From Bacteroidota bacterium (GTDB taxonomy: Bacteria > Bacteroidota > Bacteroidia > NS11-12g > UBA955), in NCBI GenBank assembly GCA_005798825.1, contig SYIL01000030.1, positions 17,798 through 81,797 of the forward strand: DNA of 64,000 bases, in the 5' to 3' direction. Within the stretch, counting starts at the first letter, position 1. Each line of letters begins with the position of its first letter. Shown in pieces: positions 40,032-50,931 of the stretch. The notes under the pieces were generated by a model, which did not search any database, was not told the DNA's origin, and saw only the letters and a program-made list of their open reading frames with translations. A program made the translations under genes and the position numbers.

Positions 40032-40433
40032 ATGAATACTATTTGTAAAGTGGGTGATATACGAATATTTAGCAAGCTTGTATCGGCGGATGACTTGGCT
40101 ACATTTAACAAGGACAACATCCATCCATTTTATGCAACGTTTGCGATGGGTCGAGATGTGGAATGGGCCTGTCGCCAGTTTGTTTTAGAGATGAAAGACG
40201 AGGACGAAGAAGGGATTGGTACATTTTTGAATATTGTTCATAAATCTCCTGCTTTTCAAGGAGAATCAATTGAAATTCGGGCTACGCTTATGAAATTACA
40301 CGGAAATGATGTTCATTGCGCTTACTGTGTTTTTGTTGGTGAGCGTTTAATTGCTGAGGGTAGTCAAGGTCAAAAAATACTGAAAAAAGAAAAAATCCAG
40401 CGATTGATTCATCAGTTGCATGGTCATGGATAA
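40032..40433 (+). CDS. Hotdog-fold thioesterase family protein
   Basis: 133 aa. Size and central helix/beta pattern are consistent with 4HBT/FlK-type thioesterases. Weak assignment. Confidence 0.45.
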   Translation: MNTICKVGDIRIFSKLVSADDLATFNKDNIHPFYATFAMGRDVEWACRQFVLEMKDEDEEGIGTFLNIVHKSPAFQGESIEIRATLMKLHGNDVHCAYCVFVGERLIAEGSQGQKILKKEKIQRLIHQLHGHG

Positions 40434-40537
40434 CCATGCTCCCATAAATTCTTGTTTTAATTGTTGTTTTCCCTGAAAGTTGCATTTTTGTAAATGCCCT
40501 CTGTGTAGTCCGAGTCAGTAGGGGGAAGGATTTTGCA

Positions 40538-40545
40538 TAACTTTG
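40538..40545 (+). promoter_or_regulatory. TAnnTTTG -7-like motif upstream of smpB
   Basis: TAACTTTG about 13 nt upstream of the smpB ATG. Confidence 0.3.
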
Positions 40546-40557
40546 TATAATTCACGC

Positions 40558-41019
40558 ATGTCATCCAAGGAAACCCAAAAAAATATTCAAATTGTCAATC
40601 GCAAGGCTGGCTTTAATTTTCATATTGAAGAGCGGTATGAAGCAGGCATGGTTTTGTTAGGGGGTGAGGTAAAATCAATTCGAAACAACAGTGTCAATAT
40701 GGGGGATGCCTATTGTGTATTTGAAGAAGGGGTTTTGTGGGTTAAAAACTTGCATATTTCAGAATTTAGGCAATCTAGCTATAACGCTTATGATCCCATG
40801 CGAAATCGCAAGCTACTGTTGAAGAAACAGCAGTTGAAAAGAATTGAGGCAAAAACAAAGACAAAAGGATATGCCATTTTTCCGATTCGTTTATTCGAAA
40901 ATGAACGTGGAATATTGAAGTTGGAAATCGGTTTGGGTCAGGGAAAAAAGACCTTTGACAAGCGGGATGATATCAAAGAAAGGGATATAGCCCGCGAGTT
41001 ACAACGCAATAAAATGTAG
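40558..41019 (+). CDS. smpB: SsrA-binding protein
   Basis: The ATG at 40558 gives MSSKETQKNIQIVNRKAGFNFHIEE..., the canonical SmpB N-terminus. The ORF track's TTG at 40543 is less likely. Confidence 0.85.
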   Translation: MSSKETQKNIQIVNRKAGFNFHIEERYEAGMVLLGGEVKSIRNNSVNMGDAYCVFEEGVLWVKNLHISEFRQSSYNAYDPMRNRKLLLKKQQLKRIEAKTKTKGYAIFPIRLFENERGILKLEIGLGQGKKTFDKRDDIKERDIARELQRNKM

Positions 41020-41116
41020 TTGATTTTTCTAATTGAGTGAATAGGATATTGGCCCAAGGGGTGCTAAAACGGAAACAAACGATTCGGGTTTGAATCAAAA
41101 TCCAAGCAATTAGGCA

Positions 41117-43000
41117 TCAATTGTATTTTATTTCCCAGAGGGTGCACCGCGATTGATCTAGAAATCGCTGCGGCCAGGGGTTTGTATCGAGATTTTTGTT
41201 TGAATTATTCGGGGCATTTGCATCAGGTATTGCGAGAATGCAATGCTTGATTTGATAGAAATTACACAGGTGTTTGAAATCATAGCCATGCGGGGTTTCA
41301 ATTAGTGGCATTAGGGAAGGCACCTGCGTTGGTCCGGCAATCCATTTGAAAATTTGTCCGCCCCCATTGTTCAAGACCACCAAACTCAGGTTTTGGGGCA
41401 ATGTGTTGGTCCACAATCCATGCGCATCGAAAATGGCAGAAACATCGCCCAATAGCGCCACACAATGTAGCTTCGGATTGGCCATCGCAAAGCCCATGGC
41501 GGTACTCAAAGAACCGTCGATGCCCGAAGTACCCCGATTGGCAAAAATGGTTGCGGTCGTATGGCCAGACCAGGAAGCATAACGGATACTCATCGAATTG
41601 CCAATCTGAAAAACAAATCGTCCATCGCAATGCTTTAAGAGTGCATTGACAGTCTCAAATTCTTGTTGAAAGGTACTCAGGCAATTGGGAAAGGGGTTGA
41701 TCGTTCCGAATTGGGAAAATACGCTCTGCCGAGCTGCTTGCATCATCGTTTGATGAGCCTCGGGCAAAGGTGGGTTTGACACGCTTGGGTTTTCAATAGA
41801 CTGAATGCTCGTAGAACGCTGCACCCATTCAATCCACTGTTGTTGGAAATCGTTATTGATTTGACGCAAAGTTTTATCCAGTGCAAATAGCCAGTCTACT
41901 TCGTGGTGATATAAATGGATGGGTTGTGAAGAAAATGGATCGCCGATGGGCGCTTGCAGTGGAGAAATATGATAGTGTTTTCGGGGTTTATGGTTGGTTA
42001 GCCACAATTTGAGTGGTTTGGATACCAAACCCATACCTATGGTGATCAGAATATGGGGCTGGTGCGCTTTGCTCAGGTCTTTGGCATTGAGCATGGCGAG
42101 GTCCCATTGTTCGATGCCGGTATGTTGTTGTTTCGAATTCACATCGGCCAGTACGGGTAACTTTTGTGCGATGGATTGAAGCGCCAGGGTGAGTTCCTTG
42201 TTGGAATGGTGCATTCCCACCACCACCAGAATTTTAGGCTGTGTGGGAGTGGTGTGTTGGAGAAAATCAGCCATATGAGATTCGTTTACCGGAAGGGGCG
42301 ATGGGCGATGAAAAACGAAAGGTTTAGTGGGTGTAATTTGTTGGAATGGCGATTCGATATCGGAGTAGATGGGATCGCGAAGGGGCAGGTTGATGTGAAC
42401 TGGGCCCGGGACGGGGTAAAGGGTTTGGGCGATGGCTTTTTGCAGTGTATTTTGCAGCTGGTTTAAGGTTCGGTTGATTTTGGATGTGGTTGTTTCTTCT
42501 CTAGGCGCACCAAAACCTTTTTTGCTTGGATTTTCTGGATCGAACACCCATTCAGCCTGAATGGGTGGCAGGTTGAAATTGCCTTGGGTATGGGGTTGAA
42601 AGAGGTTGGTCTGGTGTATGGTTTGACCATCCCATTGGTCTATAAGTTCGGGTGGACGGTCGGCGGTGATGACCAGCAGGGGCAGGCGTTGATAGTAGGC
42701 TTCGCATACTGCGGGATACAGGTTGGCGGCGGCTGTACCGGAGGTACAGATTACCCCTGCGGGGTAACGCGATCCCTGGGCTGCGCCCAGGGCCGCGAAC
42801 GCTGCCGCCCGCTCATCGGGAAAACTGTGCAATACAAATCCCCCGTGCTTGATCATAGAGGCTACCAGTGGCGCGTTGCGTGATCCAGGACTCACAAACC
42901 AAGTGCTTATGCCTGCCTCAGCCAAAACACAGGCAAAAAAATCCAACTGGATTTTGATGCCCGATACGCTTGGGTTTGGTATGTGAAAAGGATGTTTCAT
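41117..43000 (-). CDS. menD: 2-succinyl-5-enolpyruvyl-6-hydroxy-3-cyclohexene-1-carboxylate synthase
   Basis: 627 aa. ThDP enzyme: 'SPGSRNAPL', 'GVICTSGTAAANLYPAV', 'LLVITADRPPEL' and a C-terminal GDxxxx...NN ThDP-binding motif. Confidence 0.85.
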   Translation of the reverse strand: MKHPFHIPNPSVSGIKIQLDFFACVLAEAGISTWFVSPGSRNAPLVASMIKHGGFVLHSFPDERAAAFAALGAAQGSRYPAGVICTSGTAAANLYPAVCEAYYQRLPLLVITADRPPELIDQWDGQTIHQTNLFQPHTQGNFNLPPIQAEWVFDPENPSKKGFGAPREETTTSKINRTLNQLQNTLQKAIAQTLYPVPGPVHINLPLRDPIYSDIESPFQQITPTKPFVFHRPSPLPVNESHMADFLQHTTPTQPKILVVVGMHHSNKELTLALQSIAQKLPVLADVNSKQQHTGIEQWDLAMLNAKDLSKAHQPHILITIGMGLVSKPLKLWLTNHKPRKHYHISPLQAPIGDPFSSQPIHLYHHEVDWLFALDKTLRQINNDFQQQWIEWVQRSTSIQSIENPSVSNPPLPEAHQTMMQAARQSVFSQFGTINPFPNCLSTFQQEFETVNALLKHCDGRFVFQIGNSMSIRYASWSGHTTATIFANRGTSGIDGSLSTAMGFAMANPKLHCVALLGDVSAIFDAHGLWTNTLPQNLSLVVLNNGGGQIFKWIAGPTQVPSLMPLIETPHGYDFKHLCNFYQIKHCILAIPDANAPNNSNKNLDTNPWPQRFLDQSRCTLWEIKYN

Positions 43001-43638
43001 TATTTGAAAAAGGGATTACAGGCTTTTTCAAAGGCAACGGTGGTCGACGGGCCGTGTCCGCTGTGCAATGTGAAGTGTTCTGGCAAAGTAAAGATTTGTG
43101 AATCAATATTTTGCAATAGTTGATCGTGGTTTCCGCCGGGTAAATCGGTTCTACCGATGCTGCCTTTGAAAATCGTATCACCCACCAATGCCTGTTCACC
43201 TGCTATATCTACGAAAATAACATGTCCGGGGGCATGTCCGGGGACAAACCGCACCTGTAATTCGCCATTGCCAATGCGCACCACTTCGTCATGCGCCAGA
43301 GAGTTACTTGGAAAAGGTGAGGGAGTATATTGTAAATTCCACAACGTCGCCATATTCTCGGAGCGATCAATCATAACGATGTCTGCAGGGTGTAAATAAT
43401 ATGGTAAATTATACATCTGTTTTAGCCACCAATTGCCAAATATATGGTCGATGTGGGCGTGTGTGCCCAAGAGTAAAGTCGGTTTTAGTAAGTGCGTATC
43501 AATAAAATCTTGCACTTGCTGTTGCTCGCAGGAATCGTACATACCAGCATCCACAATGGCGCAGGCCAGAGTTTCTTCACACCAGATGAGATAGGTGTTT
43601 TCTTGCAAGGGGTTGAACGTAAACCTTTTCAATTTCAT
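43000..43638 (-). CDS. MBL-fold metallo-hydrolase (glyoxalase II-like)
   Basis: Preferred start is the ATG at 43638 (MKLKRFTFNPLQENTYLIW). HxHxDH motif 'THAHIDHI'. Its stop overlaps the menD start. Confidence 0.75.
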   Translation of the reverse strand: MKLKRFTFNPLQENTYLIWCEETLACAIVDAGMYDSCEQQQVQDFIDTHLLKPTLLLGTHAHIDHIFGNWWLKQMYNLPYYLHPADIVMIDRSENMATLWNLQYTPSPFPSNSLAHDEVVRIGNGELQVRFVPGHAPGHVIFVDIAGEQALVGDTIFKGSIGRTDLPGGNHDQLLQNIDSQIFTLPEHFTLHSGHGPSTTVAFEKACNPFFK

Positions 43639-43738
43639 GTTGCAAAGGTAAGCTTGTAACAAAAACGGCGGACACAAACCCACTTTTTTGTTGCGATGTG
43701 ATTTTCGCCAAGGGGTGAAGATTCAAAGTGAGAATGGA

Positions 43739-45127
43739 TTATAAGTGGATGCACTCACCATAGGCCTGCGCAACGGCTTCCATCACCGCTTCGCTCATGG
43801 TTGGATGGGGGTGGACACTCTTCAAAATTTCTAAACCTGTGGTTTCCAAATTCCGGGCTACAACGGCTTCAATGATAATGTCTGTAACACCCTCACCCAC
43901 CATGTGACAACCCAGCCATTCACCATATTTTTTGTCAAAAATCACTTTCACAAAACCTTCTTTATGACCGCCAGCAGAAGCCTTTCCACTCGCGCTGAAG
44001 GGAAACTTCCCAACGATAATATCATAGCCTTTTTCTTTGGCTTGTGCTTCGGTGTAACCTACGCTGGCCACTTCGGGGTGGGTATAGGTACAGCCTGGAA
44101 TATTTCCGTAATTCAAGGGTGAAGGATGGTGACCACTAATGGCCTCCACACATATGATTCCCTCGGCGCTGGCTACGTGAGCCAATGCAGGCCCCGGAAC
44201 GATATCTCCGATGGCATAGATGCCTGGAGCAGAAGTGCGGTAGAAATCATCTACAATTACTTTTCCCTTGTCGATTTTAATTCCCATTTCTTCTAATCCC
44301 AAATTCTCAAGGTTTGTTTGAACACCCGCGGCACTTAATACGATATCAGATTCCAATGAAATTTCGCCGGTTTTGGTTTTTACTGTAACAAAACAGCGAT
44401 TTTTTTGAACCACAACCTTTTCTACACTACTGTCGGTCATTACAGTAATACCGCGTTTTTTGTATACACTCGACATTGCTTTGCTTACATCCTCATCTTC
44501 TATGGGAAGAATTCGGGGCATAAATTCCACGATGGTTACTGTTGTTCCAATACTTGCATAAAAATAGGCAAACTCCATTCCGATTGCACCGGAGCCAATA
44601 ATTATCATTTCCTTGGGTTGTTTTGGCAAAACCATCGCTTCTCGGTATCCAACAATATGCGTTCCATCCATTTTGATATTGGGCAATTCTCGGCTCCGAG
44701 ATCCAGTAGAGAGAATAATGTGTTCGGCTTCGAGAATAAAGTTTTTCCCCTCAGAATCGTTGATGGAAATCTTGCCTTTACCAGCCAGTTTAGCTGTGCC
44801 TTTAACTACTTCAATGGCATTTTTTTTCATTAGATATGCAATGCCTTTACTCATGCCATCAGCGATTCCGCGAGAGCGTTTTACCATCCCATCGAAATCT
44901 ACTTTGGGGTTTGAAACTGTGATGCCGAAGTCAGTCGCATGGTTTATGTAATCGAATACTTGAGCACTTTTTAACAAGGCTTTTGTTGGGATACATCCCC
45001 AATTTAAACAAACACCGCCAAGCTCTGCTTTTTCGATAATGGCTACGCTTTTTCCCAATTGGGCAGCACGGATAGCAGCAACGTATCCACCCGGACCGCT
45101 TCCAATAATTGCAATATCAAATTTCAT
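43739..45127 (-). CDS. lpd: Dihydrolipoyl dehydrogenase
   Basis: Preferred start is the Met at 45127 (MKFDIAIIGSGPGGY). Redox-active 'GGVCLNWGCIPTKALL' and C-terminal 'HPHPTMSE'. Confidence 0.9.
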   Translation of the reverse strand: MKFDIAIIGSGPGGYVAAIRAAQLGKSVAIIEKAELGGVCLNWGCIPTKALLKSAQVFDYINHATDFGITVSNPKVDFDGMVKRSRGIADGMSKGIAYLMKKNAIEVVKGTAKLAGKGKISINDSEGKNFILEAEHIILSTGSRSRELPNIKMDGTHIVGYREAMVLPKQPKEMIIIGSGAIGMEFAYFYASIGTTVTIVEFMPRILPIEDEDVSKAMSSVYKKRGITVMTDSSVEKVVVQKNRCFVTVKTKTGEISLESDIVLSAAGVQTNLENLGLEEMGIKIDKGKVIVDDFYRTSAPGIYAIGDIVPGPALAHVASAEGIICVEAISGHHPSPLNYGNIPGCTYTHPEVASVGYTEAQAKEKGYDIIVGKFPFSASGKASAGGHKEGFVKVIFDKKYGEWLGCHMVGEGVTDIIIEAVVARNLETTGLEILKSVHPHPTMSEAVMEAVAQAYGECIHL

Positions 45128-45176
45128 AGATTGTAGTGTGTTAAATAATGACGCAAAGATAATAAATTCATTTGAA

Positions 45177-46760
45177 TCAGACAGAAAACTCGTTGCTTGT
45201 ATAGAAAGAAATGTCGGGGTATTTCTCTTCAGCCATTCTGAGAATGAACCCAGTTTCTGCCAAAAAAACAGGTCGTTCATCTTTGTCGTATGCGATGTTA
45301 TTTTGCCGGTATTTCATGAAATCTTTCAGATTTTGTTCGAGGCCTTCAATCCAGCAAGCTTTGTAAATACTGCGGGACTCGAATCGGCATTTAGCCCCGT
45401 ATTCATGCTCTAAGCGATATTGTAATACTTCAAATTGTAGCTCACCCACCGTGCCTACAAATTTTCTGTTTCCGAGTTCTTGGACAAATAAACTGGCCAA
45501 GCCCTCATCTGTTAATTGCTGTATCCCTTTTTCTAGCTGTTTGCTTTTCATTGGGTCTATATTGATTAATTCTTTAAAAATTTCAGGAGAAAAACTGGGT
45601 ATGCCCTTGAACATAAAATGTTCTCCTTCGCTGAGTGTATCTCCGATTTTGAAGTTGCCGGTATCATATAATCCAACGACATCCCCAGGATATGCATCAT
45701 TCATCACTTCCTTTGATTGTGCCAGGAAAAGGTAAGGATTGGCAAATTTCATCTGTTTATTAAGTCGCACATGGGTAAAATTTTTGTTCCGTTCAAATTT
45801 TCCACTGCATACCCGTAAAAAAGCAATTCGATCTCGGTGTTTTGGATCGAGGTTGGCGTGAATTTTAAACACAAATCCTGAAAATTTTGGTTCGTTGGGT
45901 TCAACATTTCGTTTTGTGGTAGCTCTGGCCAATGGGTTTGGTGCAATTTCGATAAATGTGTCAAGTAATTCTTGTATTCCGAAGCTATTCAATGCTGAAC
46001 CAAAAAATATGGGTGCTGTTTTTGCATTGAGGTAGTCTTCGTCAGACAGTTTGCCATAAACACCATCTATGAGCTCAATATCCTCTCGTAATTTGGCAGC
46101 ATCTTTCTTGTTCAGAAGGCTATCTATCTTTGGGTCTTCTAAACCCTTGATCTTTACCACATCATCTGTAACCTTGGTTTTGCTACTCTCAAATAAGTTC
46201 AGCGAGTGGTTGCTCATGAGGTAAACCCCTTTGAAATCTCGCCCTCCATTAATGGGCCATGTCATTGGGTGAACGGCAATATTGAGTTTTATTTCGAGTT
46301 CTTCAAGCAAATCAAAAGGGTCTTTTCCATCACGATCCATTTTATTAACAAACACAATCACGGGGTGATTGCGCATTCTGCAAACCTCCATGAGTTTTTC
46401 AGTTTGTTCTTCAACCCCCTTTACACAATCGATAACCAAGATCACACTGTCCACAGCTGTTAGGGTGCGATAGGTGTCTTCAGCAAAGTCTTTATGACCT
46501 GGTGTATCCAAAATATTGATCCACTTTTCTTTGTAGGGAAAAGTCATTACTGAGGTCGCAACAGAAATACCTCTTTGCTTTTCGATTTCCATAAAATCTG
46601 AGGTGGTTGCCTTGGTGATTTTGTTGCTTTTAACGGCACCCGCAGTTTGAATTTGGCCACCAAACAATAAGAATTTTTCTGTTAAAGTAGTTTTACCTGC
46701 ATCGGGGTGAGCGATGATAGCAAACGTTTTTCTTTTTGCAATTTCCGATTCGTATGCCAT
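45177..46760 (-). CDS. prfC: Peptide chain release factor 3
   Basis: 527 aa. '[26 protein letters not shown]' GTPase G1 and RF3 architecture. Confidence 0.9.
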   Translation of the reverse strand: MAYESEIAKRKTFAIIAHPDAGKTTLTEKFLLFGGQIQTAGAVKSNKITKATTSDFMEIEKQRGISVATSVMTFPYKEKWINILDTPGHKDFAEDTYRTLTAVDSVILVIDCVKGVEEQTEKLMEVCRMRNHPVIVFVNKMDRDGKDPFDLLEELEIKLNIAVHPMTWPINGGRDFKGVYLMSNHSLNLFESSKTKVTDDVVKIKGLEDPKIDSLLNKKDAAKLREDIELIDGVYGKLSDEDYLNAKTAPIFFGSALNSFGIQELLDTFIEIAPNPLARATTKRNVEPNEPKFSGFVFKIHANLDPKHRDRIAFLRVCSGKFERNKNFTHVRLNKQMKFANPYLFLAQSKEVMNDAYPGDVVGLYDTGNFKIGDTLSEGEHFMFKGIPSFSPEIFKELINIDPMKSKQLEKGIQQLTDEGLASLFVQELGNRKFVGTVGELQFEVLQYRLEHEYGAKCRFESRSIYKACWIEGLEQNLKDFMKYRQNNIAYDKDERPVFLAETGFILRMAEEKYPDISFYTSNEFSV

Positions 46761-46949
46761 AAATTGGGTCGCAAATTTAGTGAATTGGTATATAATCTGA
46801 TACTATACAGACGCTGCTTAATTTGCGAATTCCATTCCTGTATTGCGATGAATAAAGCTCTTTTGATGAAGAGTTTACAAAAACAAAATAGACAATGACA
46901 GTGAGTTATGAATTATTATGACGAAATTTGCGAACTTTTTAACAGCTAC

Positions 46950-48767
46950 ATGACAGTTTTAATCAGAAATATAGCCATTATCGCACACGTTGACCATGGT
47001 AAAACCACACTGGTCGACAAAATGTTACACCAAGCCCGCTTGTTCCGTGATAACCAAGAAATTGGGGAGTTGATCCTAGACAATAACGATTTGGAGCGTG
47101 AGCGTGGCATCACTATTTTGGCCAAAAACGTGAGTGTTCAATGGCAGGGTGTTAAAATCAATATCATTGACACGCCAGGACACGCCGATTTTGGGGGTGA
47201 GGTAGAAAGGGTTTTAAATATGGCAGACGGAGTATTGCTTCTGGTTGACGCCTTTGAAGGCCCTATGCCACAAACCCGTTTTGTATTGCAGAAGGCATTG
47301 AATTTGGGTAAAAAAGCCATTGTTGTTGTTAATAAAGTTGATAAACCCAATTGTGATCCTGACAAAACACATGATGAAATATTCGATTTGTTTTACAATC
47401 TTGGCGCGAATGAGGAGCAGTTAGATTTTACAACAGTTTTCGGATCCGGTAAACAGGGTTGGTTTGGCCCAGATTGGAGATCTCAAACCCCCGATCTTGC
47501 ATTTTTAATGGATACAATTTTGAAGGTTATACCTGCCCCAGTTCAACGCCATGGAACTCCTCAATTGCAGATTACCAGTTTAGATTACAGTAGTTATACC
47601 GGTCGAATTGCTGTGGGTCGCCTGCACCGCGGGATGTTAAAAGTGAATATGCCCGTTTCATTGGTCAAGCGCAATGAAAAAGTAGAAAAATCTCGTATAA
47701 AAGAATTATTCATCTTTGATGGTCTGGGTAAACGAAAAGTAACTGAAGTTACTTGCGGAGATATTTGCGCAATTACAGGCATTGAAAATTTTGAGATTGG
47801 AGACACAATCGCTGATTTTGAAAACCCCGAGGCTATGCCCAGTCTTAACATTGACGAGCCAACGATGAGTATGCTTTTTACCATCAACAATAGCCCGTTC
47901 TTTGGCAAGGAAGGCAAACATGTAACCAGTCAAAAAATACGGGAGCGTCTGATGAAAGAAACCGAAAAGAATTTGGCTTTGCGGGTCGAAGAAACCAACA
48001 GTGCGGAGCAATTTTTGGTGTTTGGAAGGGGAATTCTCCATTTGGGTGTATTGGTTGAAACCATGCGTAGAGAAGGCTATGAATTACAACTTGGGCAACC
48101 CCGTGTTATTATAAAGACAATCAATGGAAAAACCTGTGAGCCAATCGAAGTACTTACTGTAGATGTCCCCGACCATCACACTGGCAAAGTAATTGAATAT
48201 GCAAGTCAGCGCAAAGGTGAAATGACAAGCATGTTGCCAAAGGGAGACATGGTACGATTGGAATTTGATATCCCCTCGCGAGGTCTGATTGGTTTGCGTA
48301 ACAATTTGCTGACTGCAACCCAAGGAGAAGCTATTATGGCACACAGGCTTAAGAGTTACGAGCCTTGGAAAGGAACAATGCCTATGCGTTTTAATGGTGT
48401 TTTGATTAGCAAAGAAAAAGGTCCAGCAACTCCTTACAGCATGGACAAATTAAAAGAACGTGGTAATTTCTTCATTCATTCAGGATCTGAAGTGTATACC
48501 GGCCAAATTATTGGAGAACATATAAAACCTGGTGATTTGGTTATCAATCTTTGTATTGCAAAACAAATGACAAATTTCAGGGCAGCAGGGAAGGACGACA
48601 ATACAATGTTGGCACCGCCAAGAATTTTTGACCTGGAAGAAGCGATGGAGTATATCCAAGAAGACGAATTTGTTGAGGTAACTCCCGAAAATATTCGTTT
48701 GCGAAAAATATACCTTGATGAGAACGAACGCAAACGTGCATCCCCCAAAATGGTTGTGGAAGCATAG
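46950..48767 (+). CDS. typA: Translational GTPase TypA/BipA
   Basis: The internal ATG at 46950 gives MTVLIRNIAIIAHVDHGKTTLVDKML, the canonical BipA N-terminus. The ORF track start at 46908 adds 14 aa. Confidence 0.9.
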   Translation: MTVLIRNIAIIAHVDHGKTTLVDKMLHQARLFRDNQEIGELILDNNDLERERGITILAKNVSVQWQGVKINIIDTPGHADFGGEVERVLNMADGVLLLVDAFEGPMPQTRFVLQKALNLGKKAIVVVNKVDKPNCDPDKTHDEIFDLFYNLGANEEQLDFTTVFGSGKQGWFGPDWRSQTPDLAFLMDTILKVIPAPVQRHGTPQLQITSLDYSSYTGRIAVGRLHRGMLKVNMPVSLVKRNEKVEKSRIKELFIFDGLGKRKVTEVTCGDICAITGIENFEIGDTIADFENPEAMPSLNIDEPTMSMLFTINNSPFFGKEGKHVTSQKIRERLMKETEKNLALRVEETNSAEQFLVFGRGILHLGVLVETMRREGYELQLGQPRVIIKTINGKTCEPIEVLTVDVPDHHTGKVIEYASQRKGEMTSMLPKGDMVRLEFDIPSRGLIGLRNNLLTATQGEAIMAHRLKSYEPWKGTMPMRFNGVLISKEKGPATPYSMDKLKERGNFFIHSGSEVYTGQIIGEHIKPGDLVINLCIAKQMTNFRAAGKDDNTMLAPPRIFDLEEAMEYIQEDEFVEVTPENIRLRKIYLDENERKRASPKMVVEA

Positions 48768-48863
48768 TTTTAAAAAATATTTTTTTTCAAAGTGTTCATT
48801 TTCTTGAACAATACGACTTTAAGGAGCAAGTATCCATTGCTTAATTCGATATTTGTATCCTAA

Positions 48864-49799
48864 ATGACGTTCGCTTCATTAACGATAGCCTTGGGTTCTT
48901 TTTTTGCCGAACCATATCCTGTCGTAAAGCATATAGATAGTAATGAATACAGAACCATTCGCGTTGGAGCGGATTTTGGGGCATCACTGTTATTTTCAGG
49001 AGCATCGCCCAATTGGTCGAGTGGTGGATCAAACAATATCAATGCAAATGGATTTATAATTGCATTTGCCCAGATCAAGAGGCCCAATACAAGTTTTGAC
49101 AACATACTTAAAGTCAATATTGGGTGGTTGTCATCCCGTCAAGTCGATAATTTTAATGTCAAATATAGAGTCAATAAAAAAACCCTCGACAATGTATTCT
49201 TAGACTGTAAGTTTGGTCATACGATAAACGCAGAACCTGGAATGTCTATTTTTGGAGGGTTGAATTTTCAAACCCAATTATTGGATGGATATACCTATTC
49301 CCGTAATTCCGTAGGTAGGGAGGTTGCCGTATTAAATTCAGGGTTTCTAAGTCAGGGTCAAACCCAATTTGCATTGGGTATAGAATACAAACCGCTTCCT
49401 TCATTTTATTGTAGATTGGGTTGTCTCACACTAAAACAGACCTATATGATCAATCAGTTGCTCTATTCAATCAGAAATGAGCAAATTATTGCCAGGGTAA
49501 AGAAAGAACAATATCTAGACAACCAATTGGGGGTTCAATTTCAACTTGGATCTCAACACGATTTTGGAATAACGAAGCAAGTGAGTGTGAAGATCAATTA
49601 CCTGGGATTTGCACCCTATGTTAGCGATGAAGCAAGTTTAGACAGCCGCCTTGATTTTTCATTGATTACCAAAATAACGAAACACATTAACCTAAATTAT
49701 ACCCTAATTGGAATATATGACAAAGATTTGGTTAAATCAGGTGCCAATGCATGGCAAAACTCTTGGTTATGCGGTTTGGGTTATATTCACTCGTTTTAA
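48864..49799 (+). CDS. Hypothetical protein, possibly outer-membrane beta-barrel (DUF3078-like)
   Basis: 311 aa. Alternating amphipathic beta-strand pattern and a C-terminal aromatic (HSF). Confidence 0.35.
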   Translation: MTFASLTIALGSFFAEPYPVVKHIDSNEYRTIRVGADFGASLLFSGASPNWSSGGSNNINANGFIIAFAQIKRPNTSFDNILKVNIGWLSSRQVDNFNVKYRVNKKTLDNVFLDCKFGHTINAEPGMSIFGGLNFQTQLLDGYTYSRNSVGREVAVLNSGFLSQGQTQFALGIEYKPLPSFYCRLGCLTLKQTYMINQLLYSIRNEQIIARVKKEQYLDNQLGVQFQLGSQHDFGITKQVSVKINYLGFAPYVSDEASLDSRLDFSLITKITKHINLNYTLIGIYDKDLVKSGANAWQNSWLCGLGYIHSF

Positions 49800-50926
49800 T
49801 TCGATGCGTGCAAGAGGGCAATGAGTGCAAGTGCATTTTCTTTATTATTGAAAGTGCGCAGGAGTATTTTTTTTCGATTGCTTATGTCTTCCTGGGTAAA
49901 GGCAAGTGAATAACAAAGCCTAATTTTATTGGCCAAGTCTTTTGGATTATCCGCAATATTGCACAGTGATTCTAATTGGGTTTCTTTGACCATTTCTGTG
50001 TTCGCCACAACATGTCGGCCCCGAAATAAAGAATTCAGCAATTTTAATTTTATGCCAGTCGACTGGAAGGTAATCATTGCATTTACTTGTGCATTGCGCA
50101 CTAACTCAAAGATGTTTTCAGCAGTTAAGTTTGCTTTTAGGCTTATGTGCGGGTGTTTAGAGATAGATTTTCGCAGGGCATTTGAGGGGTTATTGCCAGC
50201 AATAATGCAGGATTCTTTCAACAATGGAAAAACCTGTTCAACCAAATACATTGCCGCCCGATCATTTTCGGGTATCGAAAGGTTTCCATGATAGAGAATG
50301 TAATCTCCTGTTTCGGAAAGCGAAACGACATCGGTATTTGAGTGGAATGCCGGAATATAGCTGGCCTTTCCATAGGTCCGATCAAAATATTTTGTTTCCA
50401 TAGGGGATATTCCCGCGATGGCGCTGGTCTTTTCTAAGATAGTTTCATAGTGTTTGAGTCGCTTTGCTTCGAGATAATAAAACGCTCTTTTTATCCAAAG
50501 TCTTTCTGCATCACCCAAAGATTGATAGTAATTGTGTTCTACATTGTGCGCTCTAACAACCGTATTTCTATTGCGTAATTCAGGCCTGTTTAGGTGGGAT
50601 GTTGAATGTAAACCCTCGAATAGAATTGGGTTGTTATCCATGAGCAAATTGCGCAATAGAACTTGGCTGTTTCGGGTACTTACCACATAGGGGTTTCTGC
50701 CCCAAAAAGGATTCACCCAAGACCGACGGTAATAATAATATGTTTTATAAGTGAGTGCTTCAAGTTCTGGCGACGGGAGTTTCCTTTTGTATAAAAATAC
50801 ATGCAAAATTATCTCAATACCCAATTCGTGAAAGCTTCGTATTTTGTGGTAAATATCAGTTGCACCCCCGTAATCTGGAGGATAGGGGAGGTCAAAGGCG
50901 ACAATATGGATGCGTTTTTTGGTCAA
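49796..50926 (-). CDS. Glycosyltransferase (GT4-like)
   Basis: 376 aa. N-terminal 'IHIVAFDLPYPPDYGGATDIY' resembles the GT4 donor-binding N-domain. Confidence 0.65.
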   Translation of the reverse strand: MTKKRIHIVAFDLPYPPDYGGATDIYHKIRSFHELGIEIILHVFLYKRKLPSPELEALTYKTYYYYRRSWVNPFWGRNPYVVSTRNSQVLLRNLLMDNNPILFEGLHSTSHLNRPELRNRNTVVRAHNVEHNYYQSLGDAERLWIKRAFYYLEAKRLKHYETILEKTSAIAGISPMETKYFDRTYGKASYIPAFHSNTDVVSLSETGDYILYHGNLSIPENDRAAMYLVEQVFPLLKESCIIAGNNPSNALRKSISKHPHISLKANLTAENIFELVRNAQVNAMITFQSTGIKLKLLNSLFRGRHVVANTEMVKETQLESLCNIADNPKDLANKIRLCYSLAFTQEDISNRKKILLRTFNNKENALALIALLHASN

Positions 50927-50931
50927 CTCGT